Positions 63,832-64,000 of a stretch of 64,000 nt of DNA are shown here, one piece after another. The translations under genes were made by a program, and so were the position numbers. Numbering within the stretch: position 1 is the first letter of the stretch; each line of letters starts with the position of its first letter. The notes below the pieces were generated by a model. The model saw only the letters and a program-made list of their open reading frames with translations. It was not told the origin of the DNA and did no database searches. Source of the DNA: Macrostomum lignano (lineage: Eukaryota); the NCBI GenBank assembly GCA_002269645.1, contig NIVC01003300.1, forward strand, positions 41,296 to 105,295, given 5' to 3'.

Positions 63832-64000
63832 GTGCGTAATTGACTCGATCACAAATCCCGGATGTCTTTTAATCTTATAATTGGCTCTATAAATAGAAAG
63901 CAAAAAGCAGACAGTGATCTCTAGAAGCTCATGTGGACTGTTTTTTTTTTGCTTTTTTATGAGAGACATTGTCACATAATCTTCGAAAGGCATTACTGCC

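Overview
This is eukaryotic (metazoan) genomic DNA, not prokaryotic. It has GC-rich spliced exons with GT-AG introns, and most long introns carry their own minisatellite. By style it resembles a free-living flatworm such as Macrostomum (inference only). Genes built by hand from splice sites and phases: (1) a complete 6-exon p55-subfamily MAGUK (MPP2/MPP6/varicose-like; L27-PDZ-SH3-HOOK-GUK; 2477-7484, +); (2) an unidentified 3+-exon gene (29253-31397, +); (3) a SPATA2/tamo-like PUB-domain ORF (33668-34471, -); (4) a PIERCE1/2-family ciliary gene (37034-38117, +); (5) a 4-exon coiled-coil gene with one frameshift (39139-42263, +); (6) an invertebrate-type dopamine transporter (SLC6; 51590 to beyond the window end, +). 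Mobile DNA: two copies of one RTE-like non-LTR family, a LINE 3' fragment, a head-to-tail dimer of a ~4 kb non-autonomous Helentron/Helitron2-like element with internal satellite arrays, three MITEs with clear TIRs and TSDs, and tRNA-derived SINE pieces. The most unusual signals are: patches of one-directional C:G->T:A hypermutation, shown directly by an intact versus mutated copy of one repeat; a 12-copy array of the DAT exon-3 end plus its 5' splice site; a pair of mutually compensating frameshifts in DAT TM8; and a minisatellite whose unit mimics a Helitron 3' end. Single-base indels occur in several unrelated ORFs, so assembly error is a live explanation for the frameshifts. Most ORFs in the supplied track are artefacts of tandem repeats or GC-rich shadow frames. 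No CRISPR array or rRNA gene is visible.
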